A DNA stretch of 64,000 nt from Alphaproteobacteria bacterium. GTDB lineage: Bacteria > Pseudomonadota > Alphaproteobacteria > RF32 > CAG-239. The DNA lies in assembly GCA_017477185.1 (NCBI GenBank), contig JAFUXF010000012.1, forward strand, positions 2,850 through 66,849. The letters run 5' to 3'. How positions within the stretch are numbered: the first letter of the stretch is position 1; every line of letters begins with the position of its first letter. Below are positions 51,267 to 63,186 of the stretch, piece by piece. The position numbers and the translations under genes are program-made. Under the pieces are notes generated by a model that worked only from the letters and a program-made list of their open reading frames with translations, made no database searches and was not told the DNA's origin.

Positions 51267-53036
51267 TTATTTTTTTTGCATTTCCCAAAGACGCTGAAAA
51301 GGACCGCCTGCTATCATCAAATCTTCAATTTTTCCCTCTTCAACAATTCTGCCCTTATCCAAAACAATAATTCTATCCATTTCTTTGAGTGTCGACAGAC
51401 GATGCGCTATCGCAATCACTGTTTTCTTTTTCATTAAATTTTTCATTGCTTTTTGAATATATTTCTCTGCCTCACTGTCAAGCGCCGATGTTGCCTCATC
51501 TAAAATCAAAATCGGACTGTTTTTCAAAATCGCCCGCGCAATTGCAATACGTTGCCTTTGCCCACCGGAGAGTTTAATTCCTTTTTCCCCGACTTTGGTT
51601 TGATAGCCTTTGGGAAGTTTTTTGATAAATTCCTCGGCATAGGCTGATTTTGCTGCTTTTTCTATTTCTTCTTGCTTTGCTTTTTGATTACCATAAGCAA
51701 TATTTTGACTGATTGTCCGATGAAACAAGCTGGTATCTTGCGGAATTAAAGCAATATAATCATGCAAACTGCTTTGCTTAACCATGGCAATATTTTGCCC
51801 ATCTATTAAAATCTCTCCCCCTTGAATATCATAAGCCCGCTGCAACAAATTAACCAATGTTGTTTTACCGCTTCCCGAAGCACCGACAATCCCGACTTTC
51901 TCTTTTGCTGAAATCTTCAGGTTTAACTTTCGAAACACTGTTTTATTGTCATAAGAAAACTTAACATTCTTAAATTCAATATCTCCGCTTTTAACCTTGA
52001 TGTTTTTTGCTTGAGGCGTATCAACAATATCATGTTTTGCTTCAAACGGAAGCATTGCCGCCTTCAAACTCCCGAAAGTCGCGTTCAAATCAAAAATATC
52101 TCCCATTGTTCGCACAACACACATAATAACAGTGTTCAACAAAAGCATAACCAAGGTAACATCCCCAACCGATATTTTTTGCTGATACCATAAACAAAGC
52201 AACAAAGATAACGCACAAACTTCAAAACAAACAATTGCCGTATTCTGGATTCTCAACAAATCTTGAGCCTTATTTAATGAAGCTATACGAGCATCTCTTG
52301 CCTTTCGATAGGCTTTTTGCACAAAAGAAATCTCATAATCTTCACTACCGAAGGTTTTGACCGTTAAGGCATTTCCGATACTATCCGCTTTTGTGCCGGT
52401 AAATGAATCCCACATACTCTCAACTTCATTATTCAACTCACGAATTTTAAAACTCGAGCGATAAGAAAAATAAAAAGACAAACAACCAAATGTCATAACC
52501 AACAACAAAAACCACAAGCTGACACGCCCGATCAGATAAAAATCTATCAATGCTAAAAAGATATTACTGTACATACGAGAAATCATAGAATGCAACCAAC
52601 CGGCCTCTTGCGCACAACGAATAACTTTTTGCGACAATTCTCCTGTTTTCTGTCCTGCAAAATAGCCTTCAGAATGTTTGGAAAGATAGTCAACCCCGAA
52701 TATTTTGATTTTAGCATTGATGTAATTGCGTATCCGATTTTCCTCCAAAACTTCTCGAACCATACGAAGAACAGATTGCATAATAAAAGCCCCGAAAATA
52801 CCCAGTAACAAATACCCCATTTTCGCCCAAGAAAACTCTTGCGGCGTAATCTTTGAAAAATAGTCAATCATATCCGAGAAAAATACCGGCACACAAACTT
52901 TCATCAACTGCAAACAAAAGGCCAAAAACATTCCCGCCAAAGCCCATTTTCTGACCCCGTATAAACATTCCCACAAAAAACGCATAGGATGACTGTACAT
53001 TTTTCGCATTGGCTGTATGGTCTCAAAAAGCTTCAT
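51267..53036 (-). CDS. ABC transporter, fused permease/ATPase (exporter half-transporter)
   Basis: Six-TM N-domain. Walker A GASGSGKTT, signature LSGGQRQR, Walker B ILILDEATSALD. Confidence 0.9.
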   Translation of the reverse strand: MKLFETIQPMRKMYSHPMRFLWECLYGVRKWALAGMFLAFCLQLMKVCVPVFFSDMIDYFSKITPQEFSWAKMGYLLLGIFGAFIMQSVLRMVREVLEENRIRNYINAKIKIFGVDYLSKHSEGYFAGQKTGELSQKVIRCAQEAGWLHSMISRMYSNIFLALIDFYLIGRVSLWFLLLVMTFGCLSFYFSYRSSFKIRELNNEVESMWDSFTGTKADSIGNALTVKTFGSEDYEISFVQKAYRKARDARIASLNKAQDLLRIQNTAIVCFEVCALSLLLCLWYQQKISVGDVTLVMLLLNTVIMCVVRTMGDIFDLNATFGSLKAAMLPFEAKHDIVDTPQAKNIKVKSGDIEFKNVKFSYDNKTVFRKLNLKISAKEKVGIVGASGSGKTTLVNLLQRAYDIQGGEILIDGQNIAMVKQSSLHDYIALIPQDTSLFHRTISQNIAYGNQKAKQEEIEKAAKSAYAEEFIKKLPKGYQTKVGEKGIKLSGGQRQRIAIARAILKNSPILILDEATSALDSEAEKYIQKAMKNLMKKKTVIAIAHRLSTLKEMDRIIVLDKGRIVEEGKIEDLMIAGGPFQRLWEMQKK

Positions 53037-53039
53037 AAC

Positions 53040-54794
53040 TTATTTCTCCACCTGTTGCATCTTCCAAAGTTTCGCAAACTTGCCGTTTTTCTTTCTTGCC
53101 AACGCCTTAAAAGTTCCCTCTTCAACAATCTTCCCCTGCTCCAAATAAACGATTCTATCCATTTCTTTGAGCGTCGATAAACGGTGCGCAATAGCAATCA
53201 CTGTCCGCCTTCCTAGCAAATTACTGATTGCCTGTGCCACTATATGCTCGGATTCGCTATCCAAAGAAGAGGTTGCCTCATCTAAAACCAATATCGGACT
53301 GTTTCGTAAAACCGCACGCGCTATCGCTATTCTCTGCCGTTCTCCGCCCGAAAGTTTGCACCCTCTGTCTCCGACCATAGAATTATACCCCTCAGGCAAT
53401 TCCCTGATAAATGCATCGGCACAAGCGGTTTTCGCTGCCTGAATAATTTTTTTGTCACTTACATTTTCTGTTCCATAGGCAATATTTTCTTTCAAGGTCC
53501 GATGGAACAAAACCGATTCTTGAGGAATAAAGGCTAAATTTCGGTGCAAACTCTGTTGTGTAACGGATTTTATATCTTGCCCGTCAATGAGAATTTCTCC
53601 ACCCTGAATATCATAAGCACGTTGCAACAAATTAACTAAAGTGGTTTTACCATTCCCCGACAAACCAACGATTCCAACCCTCTCTCCGCTTTCAATTTTC
53701 AAATTAAAACCATCAAAAAGTTTTTCTCTGTTCGGATAAGCAAAAGTAACATTCTTAAATTCAACCTCCGCTTTTTTAACTTTCAAGGATTTTGCATTCG
53801 GCACATCTTCAATTTCATGCTTATCATTAAACGGCTCTAAACCGGCTTGAATACCGGCCAAATTAACCTGAAATCGCCTGAAATGAACGCATAATTCCAT
53901 TAAATACATAAAGCCGCCGTTAACAATCATTAATACAAAAACAATATCCCCGATATTGATTCGGGCAACACTCCACAAATAAACCGCATAAACAAGCATT
54001 GCTGTTGAACAAAGATGCACAAAGCACCCGACACCGGTATATGAGGCAAACCAGGCAATCATTGACCGCGCCTTGATGTTGATATATTGCCTCAACAAAA
54101 CCGATAATCTTTTCTTTTCATAATCCGCACGATTAAATTGCTTCACCAAACGAATGTTAGAAATCGCATCAACCAACCACCCCGTATAAATAGATGAGGC
54201 TTTATTTTCCATTTTTGATAAACGTTCACTCGTCTTATTAGCATAATAATTCACTACTGCCGTCAAAATCACGCACCCGATAAACATCAATCCGAGATAA
54301 ACATTAATAGAGAGCAACAAAACGGTTTTAATCACCATCTCGCATAGGTGAAACCAAAAAATAACAATCAATACCGACAATATTTGATCTGTAGCTGAAA
54401 TCTGTTCAGACTTAGCAAGTAACGATCCTGTCTGCTTATTCACAATATAATTGGTCGAATGCCCGAAAATATAGCGCAAGGATTTGGTTAAAATTCGCTC
54501 TCGCACAGGAAAATAAAGTTCTTTCTGCCGATACATCAAAACCTGTTTAGGCAGATAAATATTAAAAATATCACAGACAATGATTGCCCCAATCATTAAC
54601 AACGCTTGGTGCAAAGCCTCTTCCGATACACCGCCCTTAACCGCATCAATCAAGCGCGCCATAAACCAGTTCAGCGCATTCATCACCGCAGAATTTACCA
54701 AAACCAACAGCATACACCCGACAAACGCCCATTTAAACGGCGCAATACACTCTTGATAAACAAATTTTAAGGCTGATTTTGAAAACGGTTGCAT
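53040..54794 (-). CDS. ABC transporter, fused permease/ATPase (probable heterodimer partner)
   Basis: Walker A GLSGNGKTT, signature LSGGERQR, Walker B ILVLDEATSSLD. Only 3 nt separate it from the downstream paralog. Confidence 0.9.
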   Translation of the reverse strand: MQPFSKSALKFVYQECIAPFKWAFVGCMLLVLVNSAVMNALNWFMARLIDAVKGGVSEEALHQALLMIGAIIVCDIFNIYLPKQVLMYRQKELYFPVRERILTKSLRYIFGHSTNYIVNKQTGSLLAKSEQISATDQILSVLIVIFWFHLCEMVIKTVLLLSINVYLGLMFIGCVILTAVVNYYANKTSERLSKMENKASSIYTGWLVDAISNIRLVKQFNRADYEKKRLSVLLRQYINIKARSMIAWFASYTGVGCFVHLCSTAMLVYAVYLWSVARINIGDIVFVLMIVNGGFMYLMELCVHFRRFQVNLAGIQAGLEPFNDKHEIEDVPNAKSLKVKKAEVEFKNVTFAYPNREKLFDGFNLKIESGERVGIVGLSGNGKTTLVNLLQRAYDIQGGEILIDGQDIKSVTQQSLHRNLAFIPQESVLFHRTLKENIAYGTENVSDKKIIQAAKTACADAFIRELPEGYNSMVGDRGCKLSGGERQRIAIARAVLRNSPILVLDEATSSLDSESEHIVAQAISNLLGRRTVIAIAHRLSTLKEMDRIVYLEQGKIVEEGTFKALARKKNGKFAKLWKMQQVEK

Positions 54795-54864
54795 AAATAG
54801 TCCTTATTTATCAAATAACTACCGGCAACTCTAACACTATTTCTGTTAATATTATGCTAACGCC

Positions 54865-55107
54865 TTATTCCTCCAATGGCTCAAGTTTAAGTTCATATCC
54901 ATAATACACGAGCAACTTTTCGTATGTGCGCCAACTCGGCATAAGCCCCAATTCTATATTCTCAAGTTGCCCTGCTTTAATATCATTGTCCTGTTCAACT
55001 TGTTCTAACGATAAATTTTTCTCATATCTTATTAAGCGCAACTGTAGCCCTATGATACGTGCAAACTTACGCCCATATCCTTGATAACACTTTGGTCTTT
55101 TACTCAT
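54865..55107 (-). CDS. small XRE-like HTH protein
   Basis: 80 aa with LRLIRYEKNLSLEQVEQDNDIKAGQLENIELG. AAGGAG RBS. Confidence 0.6.
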   Translation of the reverse strand: MSKRPKCYQGYGRKFARIIGLQLRLIRYEKNLSLEQVEQDNDIKAGQLENIELGLMPSWRTYEKLLVYYGYELKLEPLEE

Positions 55108-55405
55108 AATTCTGAACTCCTTATTTTTGTTGATAAAATAACAAAAAACTCACCCCGTTATAAAACGAAGTGAGGGAGTTCGAAACTGTTGTAAGCACAG
55201 TCTTGTCTATTCAATATATTCAACAAGCTCCCTCTTACAAAGAAGGAGTTTTTCTTACAAGGAGTTTCGACACTCCGCAAACGGAACACCCGCTTGCAAA
55301 CTTGATAATAAAGAAAAACACACAAATTGCAACAAAAAGCTTAAGTCTTCACAAAAAATCCCCAAGTTATATAAACTCAGGGATTTTTACAGCCATCTTA
55401 ATATT

Positions 55406-55475
55406 CCTCCCCTGCTTGAGGGGAGGTTAGGTAGGGTAAAACAACCCACCCTAACCCTCCCTCACATAGGGAGGG
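55406..55475. repeat. three adjacent GC-rich hairpins
   Basis: CCTCCCCT-gcttg-AGGGGAGG. GTTAGG...CCTAAC. CCCTCCC-tcacata-GGGAGGG. Confidence 0.5.
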
Positions 55476-55533
55476 AATGCAGATTATTAGATTAATAATC
55501 AAATACACGTTCTTCATTAAATTGCGATAGATG

Positions 55534-55700
55534 TTGTTTATTGTAAAATATTGAATAAATTGTGATAGCGCGCACAATTATTAAAGCGTAGATAATTAGA
55601 TTAGTAGTAGGAAATAAGGTTTTTGAAAATTTTAGCGTACAAAATAGTACATGAATTTTCAAAATACCGATATTGACGCACTAATAATCAATTAGATACG
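55534..55700. repeat. palindromic extragenic repeat unit U3 (same family as 49114-49384)
   Basis: Shares GCGATAGATGTTGTTTAT, AGGAAATAAGG and the central GCGTACAAAATAGTACATGA. The flanking stem covaries as TTTTGAAAAT/ATTTTCAAAA. Confidence 0.55.
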
Positions 55701-55702
55701 CT

Positions 55703-56842
55703 TTAATCCTTGCCGATTTGAATATTACGATTAATATGTACACACAAAATAATCCCAAATGACGCCATTATTGAGAGCATAACCGTTCCACCGTAAGAGA
55801 TAAGAGGTAACGGCACACCGACCACCGGAATCAAACCTAACACCATCGCGGTATTAATAAAAACATACAGAAAATAATTCGTCGCTAACCCTATAGCCAC
55901 CAACTTACCGAAATAGCTGGCACAACGAATTGCAAACGCATAACTGTAAATCAAAATAAGCATATTCAAAACAATAATAACAACCCCACCAATCATGCCA
56001 AATTCTTCAGACAACATCGTAAAAATAAAATCCGTATGTTTCTCGGGTAAAAAGTTTAAGTGACTTTGTGTCCCGTTCATAAATCCTTTACCGAAAATAC
56101 CGCCCGAACCAAGTGCAATTTTTGACTGAATAATATGATATCCCGCTCCCAACGGATCTCTCTCCGGATCCAAAAAAGTCAAAACCCGATTTTTTTGATA
56201 ATCATGCAAAAAATGCCAAGCTATCGGCATAACACTTAATGCTCCCGCCCCGACAAGAGCAAATTTCCATAGCTGAACACCCACTGCAAAAAAGATAGCA
56301 ACCGTTGTAAAAACAAGCATCAAAGACGTTCCCAAATCCGGTTGCATAACAATCAACGCTGCAGGAAACAAAGCCATCAACGCCGGAGGAATAATCCCCG
56401 GAATTGTCCGGATAGTTTGTAAAGAAGTTGCATGAAAATAACGTGCCAAAGCCAAAACAAGAGAAATTTTCATTAACTCAGACGGCTGTAATTTTATAAT
56501 ACCCAGATTTATCCAACGTTGTGCTCCCATACCGATATGCCCACCGACTTCAACCGCGATGAGTAACAATAACGTAATAAAATACAGCACATATGCATAA
56601 CGCATAAAAAACCGAATATCTGTCAAAGCCAACACAATCATTAAACAAAAACCCATACCAAAACGGATTAACTGTTTAATCGCCCACGGATTCCAATTTC
56701 CATTTGCCGCAGAATATAAAACCACAAAACCAATACCGGCTAAAACACAAATAAATAACACATAACTAAAGCTGATATTGGCAAACTTCTCGCCTAATGT
56801 CTGCGCTTGATTATTGATTGTTGTTTCATATGGCTTATACAT
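55703..56842 (-). CDS. rodA: peptidoglycan glycosyltransferase RodA (SEDS family)
   Basis: Polytopic FtsW/RodA/SpoVE-type sequence (QPSELMK, GSGG) located immediately downstream of mrdA. Confidence 0.9.
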   Translation of the reverse strand: MYKPYETTINNQAQTLGEKFANISFSYVLFICVLAGIGFVVLYSAANGNWNPWAIKQLIRFGMGFCLMIVLALTDIRFFMRYAYVLYFITLLLLIAVEVGGHIGMGAQRWINLGIIKLQPSELMKISLVLALARYFHATSLQTIRTIPGIIPPALMALFPAALIVMQPDLGTSLMLVFTTVAIFFAVGVQLWKFALVGAGALSVMPIAWHFLHDYQKNRVLTFLDPERDPLGAGYHIIQSKIALGSGGIFGKGFMNGTQSHLNFLPEKHTDFIFTMLSEEFGMIGGVVIIVLNMLILIYSYAFAIRCASYFGKLVAIGLATNYFLYVFINTAMVLGLIPVVGVPLPLISYGGTVMLSIMASFGIILCVHINRNIQIGKD

Positions 56843-56851
56843 TTTTCTTCC

Positions 56852-58672
56852 TTATTTCAGAATATCCAAATTGATAGCTTCTTGTAAAATAGCACTGGCA
56901 ATCGGTGCCGCCACAGATGAACCTCCACCGCCATGTTCAACCAAAACAGCTATTCCGTAAAGCGGATTATCATATGGCGCAAAAGCAATAAACAAAGCAT
57001 GATCTCTAAACTTCCAAGGTAATTCATCTTGCCTTAAAATACGCGTCTGCCGTTCTTTCATGGTAATTCGACGAACTTGCGTAGAACCGGTCTTTCCTGC
57101 CATTTCTTTGCCATCTATATTAAAATGAGAGCGATATGCCGTTCCTCCCGGAACATTAACCACGTCATACATACCTTGCTTAACAGTATCAATATATTCA
57201 CTGGAAATATCCATTTTTTTGATCTTACTTCTATCAGCTATTTTTGTAAAAGTCGGTTTAACTTCATAGCCACCATTTGCAATTCTTGCAACCATTGTAG
57301 CAAGTTGTAAGGGGGTTGTTAAAACATATCCCTGACCAATACCTGCAATAACTGTTTCTCCTTGTTGCCAAGTTTCACCAAACCGCTTTAATTTCCATTT
57401 TTTATCAGGAATCAGACCTGATTTTTCATTATCCAAGCCAATATTAAGCTCTTTACCCAAACCAAAACGTCTTGCCATCTCAGCAATTCGTTCAATTCCA
57501 ATTCGCTGTGCAACCTCATAAAAATAAATATCGCAAGAGTGCATCAAAGCCTCAACCACATTCAAAGGCCCATGACCTGCTCGCCGCCAACAGTGAAAAG
57601 CATGATTTCCGACATACATTTGCCCTGAACAGAAAAATCTCATCTGGGGCTTAATAATCCCTGATTCCAATGCGGCCAAGGCAACAACTGTCTTAAACGT
57701 AGACCCCGGAGAATATTGACCGGCTATAGCCTTATTTGATAAAGGATTCCTTTCATTGGCAACTAAATCTTTCCATTCCTGAGAGGACAACCCTTTTGCC
57801 ATCGCATTCGGATCATAAGAGGGAGCTGAAACAAAAGCTAAAATTTCCCCCGTCCGAACATCCAAAACAATTGCCGCACCACTTTGTTCTTGCTCCTTAA
57901 ATAAATCATACGCTTTTTGTTGCAAGCGCGAATCAATGGTTAAAGATAGTGCCCTCCCTGGAACGCCTTCGATTCTTTCAATTTCTTTCATCACCCGACC
58001 ATAAGCATTAACCTCTAACTTAAGACTACCACCTCGCCCACGCAACTCTTTTTCAAATAACTTCTCAACCCCTGCCTTACCAATCTTAAAACCGGGAACC
58101 TGTAATAACGGATCATTATCCAATTTTGCCTCTTTTTCCGAAACAGAAGAAACATATCCCAAAATATGCGCCATACTCTCACCAAACGGATAATCTCGAC
58201 TTAATCCTTCATCAATATATATACCTTGAAGATCAGGTGCATTAAGCTGAATTTTTGCCACTTCATCCCATGTCAGATTATCTTTTATTTTTATCGGCAC
58301 AAAACTTCTGTTACGTCTTAAATCACGTTTAATTCTCTCTTCCTCATCCCCTGCAAGCGGCATAATTTTTTTAAATTTATTTAACGTTTTTTGCACATCA
58401 GGTGTCTGTTCTGCAACAATCATGACCTGAAAATTTTGACGATTACTGGCAATCATAACACCATTACGATCATAAATAATTCCTCTTGGCGGAATCAACA
58501 AACGAGTTGAAATTCTGTTCTCATCCGCTAACATTTTATACTTATCTGCCTGAAAAACTTGAAGATAATACAACCGCAAAATAATAACAGTCAGCAAAAC
58601 AAGTTTTGCTATTATCATAATGAATGATCGATTAATTAAAACCTTACCTTTATCTTTATCTCTATTCATCAC
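56852..58672 (-). CDS. mrdA: penicillin-binding protein 2 (elongasome transpeptidase)
   Basis: N-terminal TM segment. SxxK motif SPGSTFK and KTG motif GKTGSTQ. Sits in the mreBCD-mrdA-rodA gene order. Confidence 0.93.
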   Translation of the reverse strand: MMNRDKDKGKVLINRSFIMIIAKLVLLTVIILRLYYLQVFQADKYKMLADENRISTRLLIPPRGIIYDRNGVMIASNRQNFQVMIVAEQTPDVQKTLNKFKKIMPLAGDEEERIKRDLRRNRSFVPIKIKDNLTWDEVAKIQLNAPDLQGIYIDEGLSRDYPFGESMAHILGYVSSVSEKEAKLDNDPLLQVPGFKIGKAGVEKLFEKELRGRGGSLKLEVNAYGRVMKEIERIEGVPGRALSLTIDSRLQQKAYDLFKEQEQSGAAIVLDVRTGEILAFVSAPSYDPNAMAKGLSSQEWKDLVANERNPLSNKAIAGQYSPGSTFKTVVALAALESGIIKPQMRFFCSGQMYVGNHAFHCWRRAGHGPLNVVEALMHSCDIYFYEVAQRIGIERIAEMARRFGLGKELNIGLDNEKSGLIPDKKWKLKRFGETWQQGETVIAGIGQGYVLTTPLQLATMVARIANGGYEVKPTFTKIADRSKIKKMDISSEYIDTVKQGMYDVVNVPGGTAYRSHFNIDGKEMAGKTGSTQVRRITMKERQTRILRQDELPWKFRDHALFIAFAPYDNPLYGIAVLVEHGGGGSSVAAPIASAILQEAINLDILK

Positions 58673-59190
58673 TAACCCTCGTCATTCATCAAATACTTTC
58701 GAGCAGCATCGTTAAAGAAACTGACCACAGGATACCATGCTATCGTAAATAAAATCGTAAATAGCAATCTTTCTAAAGGTAAGAACTCCGTATAAAAGAT
58801 TGAAACAATTAACCACTTTAGAAATTCAACTAAAACAAGAACAAATCCAAAACCATACCAAAATGCCTGAAATGACTTATTTACAAAAAACGATGATAAA
58901 TTTGTAATAACCAAATAAATAGTTAAATAAGCAATTATGTCTGAACCAAGCGGTGCAGAAGATAAAATATCGCTAACAAATCCCAAGAAAAACACCGTAA
59001 ACAAATTAAACAAATCCGGACGATGCAACACCCAATAAAAAACACAAATCATTCCAACATCCGGACGAATTACATGAGAAACACTAACACCGGAAGGAAT
59101 ATAAGTGCAGAAAATAAACAATAATGACAAAAGAAAAGGTAAAATCTTTTGAATAGATAAATTGATAGCTTCTTTCAAGTCTTCGCGCAT
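58672..59190 (-). CDS. mreD: rod shape-determining protein MreD
   Basis: 172-aa polytopic membrane protein between mreC and mrdA. It overlaps the mrdA start by 1 nt. Confidence 0.8.
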   Translation of the reverse strand: MREDLKEAINLSIQKILPFLLSLLFIFCTYIPSGVSVSHVIRPDVGMICVFYWVLHRPDLFNLFTVFFLGFVSDILSSAPLGSDIIAYLTIYLVITNLSSFFVNKSFQAFWYGFGFVLVLVEFLKWLIVSIFYTEFLPLERLLFTILFTIAWYPVVSFFNDAARKYLMNDEG

Positions 59191-59191
59191 C

Positions 59192-60070
59192 TTATTCTCC
59201 TAAATCAACAGCTTGCGCGATATCTTCTTCATAAGAAATATCAGCCAAATGATAGTCAACAATTCGAACATATTCTAAACGATCTAAATCTCCCAAAGGT
59301 TTAATTTTAATCACTCCATTTTCTATCGCCGAAATTTTGCCAACCGGCAACCCCGGAGGAAAAATTCCTGCAACACCTGATGTGATTATTTTATCTCCGA
59401 CTCTTAGATCAGCTTCTAATGGCGTAAATATAAGTTTTGGAACAGACGTATTATCCCCAGACAAAATCCCCCGAACACGACTGTTTTCAATCATAACCGG
59501 AATTTTTGAGTTAATATCTGTTATTAAAATAACCTTAGAATAAACAGATCCCACACGCTCTATTCTTCCGACAACCCCGTTGTCACTCAAAACAATCTGC
59601 CCTTTTTTAACTGTTTTATTGCCGGCTGTATAGATAATCAGTGCATGAGAAAAACTATCCCCTTCTTCAGCAACAACCCGAGCTGCCGAATAGCTAGCAC
59701 CCTCAGGCGGAACATAATTCAATAAATTCGATAATAAATGGTTTTCAATTTCCAAAGCTGTTACCCGACTGCTTCGAATAACCAACTCCCTGTTTTCTTC
59801 TCGGAGCTTTTTGTTTTCCTCTCGTATATTCTTAAAATCATAGAAATAGTTCAATGTTCCAGAAACGACCCTCGCCGGAACAGCCAACAAATCAACAATA
59901 GGGAAAAAAATATTTGCTGCCACAGAAGATGTTTTATCAATAAAAAACGAATCAGTTTTATTAAAAAGCATCATTACAAAAGCAATAAAAAACAACAGAA
60001 CAATGGCAAACTTCTTTACCATCAACCGAATACGGCTCAAATGCACAAATAATGCTCTGCGTCTTTTCAT
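59192..60070 (-). CDS. mreC: rod shape-determining protein MreC
   Basis: N-terminal TM segment, coiled coil (IREENKKLREENREL) and a beta-rich C-domain. Position fits the operon. Confidence 0.85.
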   Translation of the reverse strand: MKRRRALFVHLSRIRLMVKKFAIVLLFFIAFVMMLFNKTDSFFIDKTSSVAANIFFPIVDLLAVPARVVSGTLNYFYDFKNIREENKKLREENRELVIRSSRVTALEIENHLLSNLLNYVPPEGASYSAARVVAEEGDSFSHALIIYTAGNKTVKKGQIVLSDNGVVGRIERVGSVYSKVILITDINSKIPVMIENSRVRGILSGDNTSVPKLIFTPLEADLRVGDKIITSGVAGIFPPGLPVGKISAIENGVIKIKPLGDLDRLEYVRIVDYHLADISYEEDIAQAVDLGE

Positions 60071-60151
60071 ATAGCCCCTTAATATTTAACAAGAAAGCCG
60101 AAAACAATCACTAAACGCGTTTATTTTCGGCTTTAACATAGTCTCTATCAA

Positions 60152-61261
<1,110 letters not shown>

Positions 61262-62200
61262 CTATAATTGATTTTTAACACCAAAAACGATATTTTTTAT
61301 CAAATCATTATCTGTATGGTAGCAATAACAAATTTCTTTATCAGCTTTAAGCTGTTTTTTAAACCATGTCAACTGTCTTTTTGCATATTGGCGCGTGTGC
61401 AACTTTGCCAACTCAATTGCTTCTTCTAAAGACATTTTTCCATCTAAATAAGACATAAGTTCTGGCACACCCAAAGCCTTCATTGCCGGTAAATTTTTAT
61501 CAAGATTCTGTTCTTTGAGATTTTTTACCTCTTCCAATGCGCCTTGTGTCATCATTTTATCAAATCGCAAATAACATCTCTCATCTAATTCTTTTTGTGT
61601 CGGCATAATCTTTATTACAAAAAATTTTGCTTCCGGCAATTTTTTAATTTTTTCTTTTTTATGCCATACCGACAATGGAATTTTGGTATCCAAATAAACT
61701 TCATAAGCTCGCCTTATCCGTGTAGTATCATTTGGACTTAATTTTTGAGCAATCTCTTTATCTATAACCTTTAGCCGCTCATGCAAAGCATTAACGCCTT
61801 CTTGCTTTAAAAGTTCCATGACTTGCTGCCGCGCTTGGTTTGATGTTTCCGGAACCGGTGTTGTACCATTTATAAGATTATCAATATACAACCCTGTTCC
61901 GCCAACCAAAATAGGAACTTTATCTTCACTCCAAATTTTTTTGATTTCAGGAACAACCTTATCCAACCAATCGATCACCGAACCATTAAAAAAATTAGGG
62001 AATATCTCATATAAACAGTGTTTAACCTTTTGTTTATCCTTAGTATTCGGTGCGGCGGATAAAACGGAAATACCTTTGTAAATCTGCATAGAATCAGCAT
62101 TTAAAATAACACCGTTCACAGCCAAACTCAAATCAATTGCTAACTGTGACTTTCCTGATGCTGTCGGTCCGGCAATAACAATAACAGTTTTTTTATTCAA
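61262..62200 (-). CDS. miaA: tRNA dimethylallyltransferase
   Basis: P-loop GPTASGKS, SMQIYKG and GGTGLY. Confidence 0.93.
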   Translation of the reverse strand: MNKKTVIVIAGPTASGKSQLAIDLSLAVNGVILNADSMQIYKGISVLSAAPNTKDKQKVKHCLYEIFPNFFNGSVIDWLDKVVPEIKKIWSEDKVPILVGGTGLYIDNLINGTTPVPETSNQARQQVMELLKQEGVNALHERLKVIDKEIAQKLSPNDTTRIRRAYEVYLDTKIPLSVWHKKEKIKKLPEAKFFVIKIMPTQKELDERCYLRFDKMMTQGALEEVKNLKEQNLDKNLPAMKALGVPELMSYLDGKMSLEEAIELAKLHTRQYAKRQLTWFKKQLKADKEICYCYHTDNDLIKNIVFGVKNQL

Positions 62201-63115
62201 CTATCCTTCCTTATGTCTGTATATGGCATTTTCTACTAAAAAAGCACAGAGTTGTTCATAACTCAAACCGGCATATTTAGCCTGTTCAGGTACCAAAGAT
62301 AACGGTGTCAACCCCGGATTCGTATTTATCTCAAGCAAAACAACACCATCTTTTTCATTATACCTAAAATCACAGCGTGACACAGTATTACACCCCAAAG
62401 CCTGATGCAAAATCTCTGCATATTTTTTTGCTGTTTCATAAATATCTTCAGAAATTTCAGCCGGTAAAACATGTTGTGTCATTCCGTCCGTATACTTAGC
62501 CCTATAATCATAAAAACCTTCTTTCGGACGTAATTCTGTAACCCCAAGAGCCTTATCATCTAATACAGCAACTGTTAGTTCCTTTCCTTCAACAAATTTC
62601 TCGACCATAATCTCTCTTGAATCATCTTCATAAAAAACCTTCTTTTTATCCTCATCATGAGCAACAATAAACACGCCGACCGATGAGCCGTCACTGACAG
62701 GCTTTACAACATAAGGTGCTTTTATTGTAAAATTATCCTTCTTAAATTCAGCATACGTCATTGTCTCGGATTTAGCAATCTTAACACCATTTGCTTTGGC
62801 AATTGCTTTAGTTAAATTTTTATCCATCCCCAAAATTGAAGTTTTTAACCCCGAATGCGTATAAGGAATTTGCAAAATATCAAGTAACCCTTGAATCTCT
62901 CCATCTTCACCGAAATTACCGTGTAAAGCATTAAAAACGACATCCGGTTTTTCCTCTTTTAACACATCAACCAAACGAAAACCGTCTTGCAAATCATGAG
63001 TAACAACCTGATATCCCCACTTTTCAAGAGCCTCTGCTGCACATTTTCCCGTTACTAAACTGACTTCTCTTTCAGCAGAAAAGCCTCCCATAACAACCAA
63101 CACTTTTTTAGTCAT
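62201..63115 (-). CDS. ddl: D-alanine--D-alanine ligase
   Basis: MGGFSAEREVSL, an ATP-grasp core and C-terminal LLEINTNPGLT. Confidence 0.93.
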   Translation of the reverse strand: MTKKVLVVMGGFSAEREVSLVTGKCAAEALEKWGYQVVTHDLQDGFRLVDVLKEEKPDVVFNALHGNFGEDGEIQGLLDILQIPYTHSGLKTSILGMDKNLTKAIAKANGVKIAKSETMTYAEFKKDNFTIKAPYVVKPVSDGSSVGVFIVAHDEDKKKVFYEDDSREIMVEKFVEGKELTVAVLDDKALGVTELRPKEGFYDYRAKYTDGMTQHVLPAEISEDIYETAKKYAEILHQALGCNTVSRCDFRYNEKDGVVLLEINTNPGLTPLSLVPEQAKYAGLSYEQLCAFLVENAIYRHKEG

Positions 63116-63186
63116 AAATTTTTTCCTTTTATATTTAAATTTTTATGCTATTTTAGGCTCAAAGTTTAAATAAAGAGTGAAAAAAA

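Noticed and set aside
51389-54794. Short ORFs inside the two ABC transporter genes (51389-51577, 52011-52193, 52583-52867, 52590-52808, 52989-53180, 53167-53442)
   Set aside because: They are nested within or antisense to CDSs that carry complete Walker A, signature and Walker B motifs.
55170-55430. 86-aa ORF in the rodA / HTH intergenic region
   Set aside because: No RBS. It spans multiple hairpins and ends in the GC-rich hairpin cluster, so it is likely non-coding.
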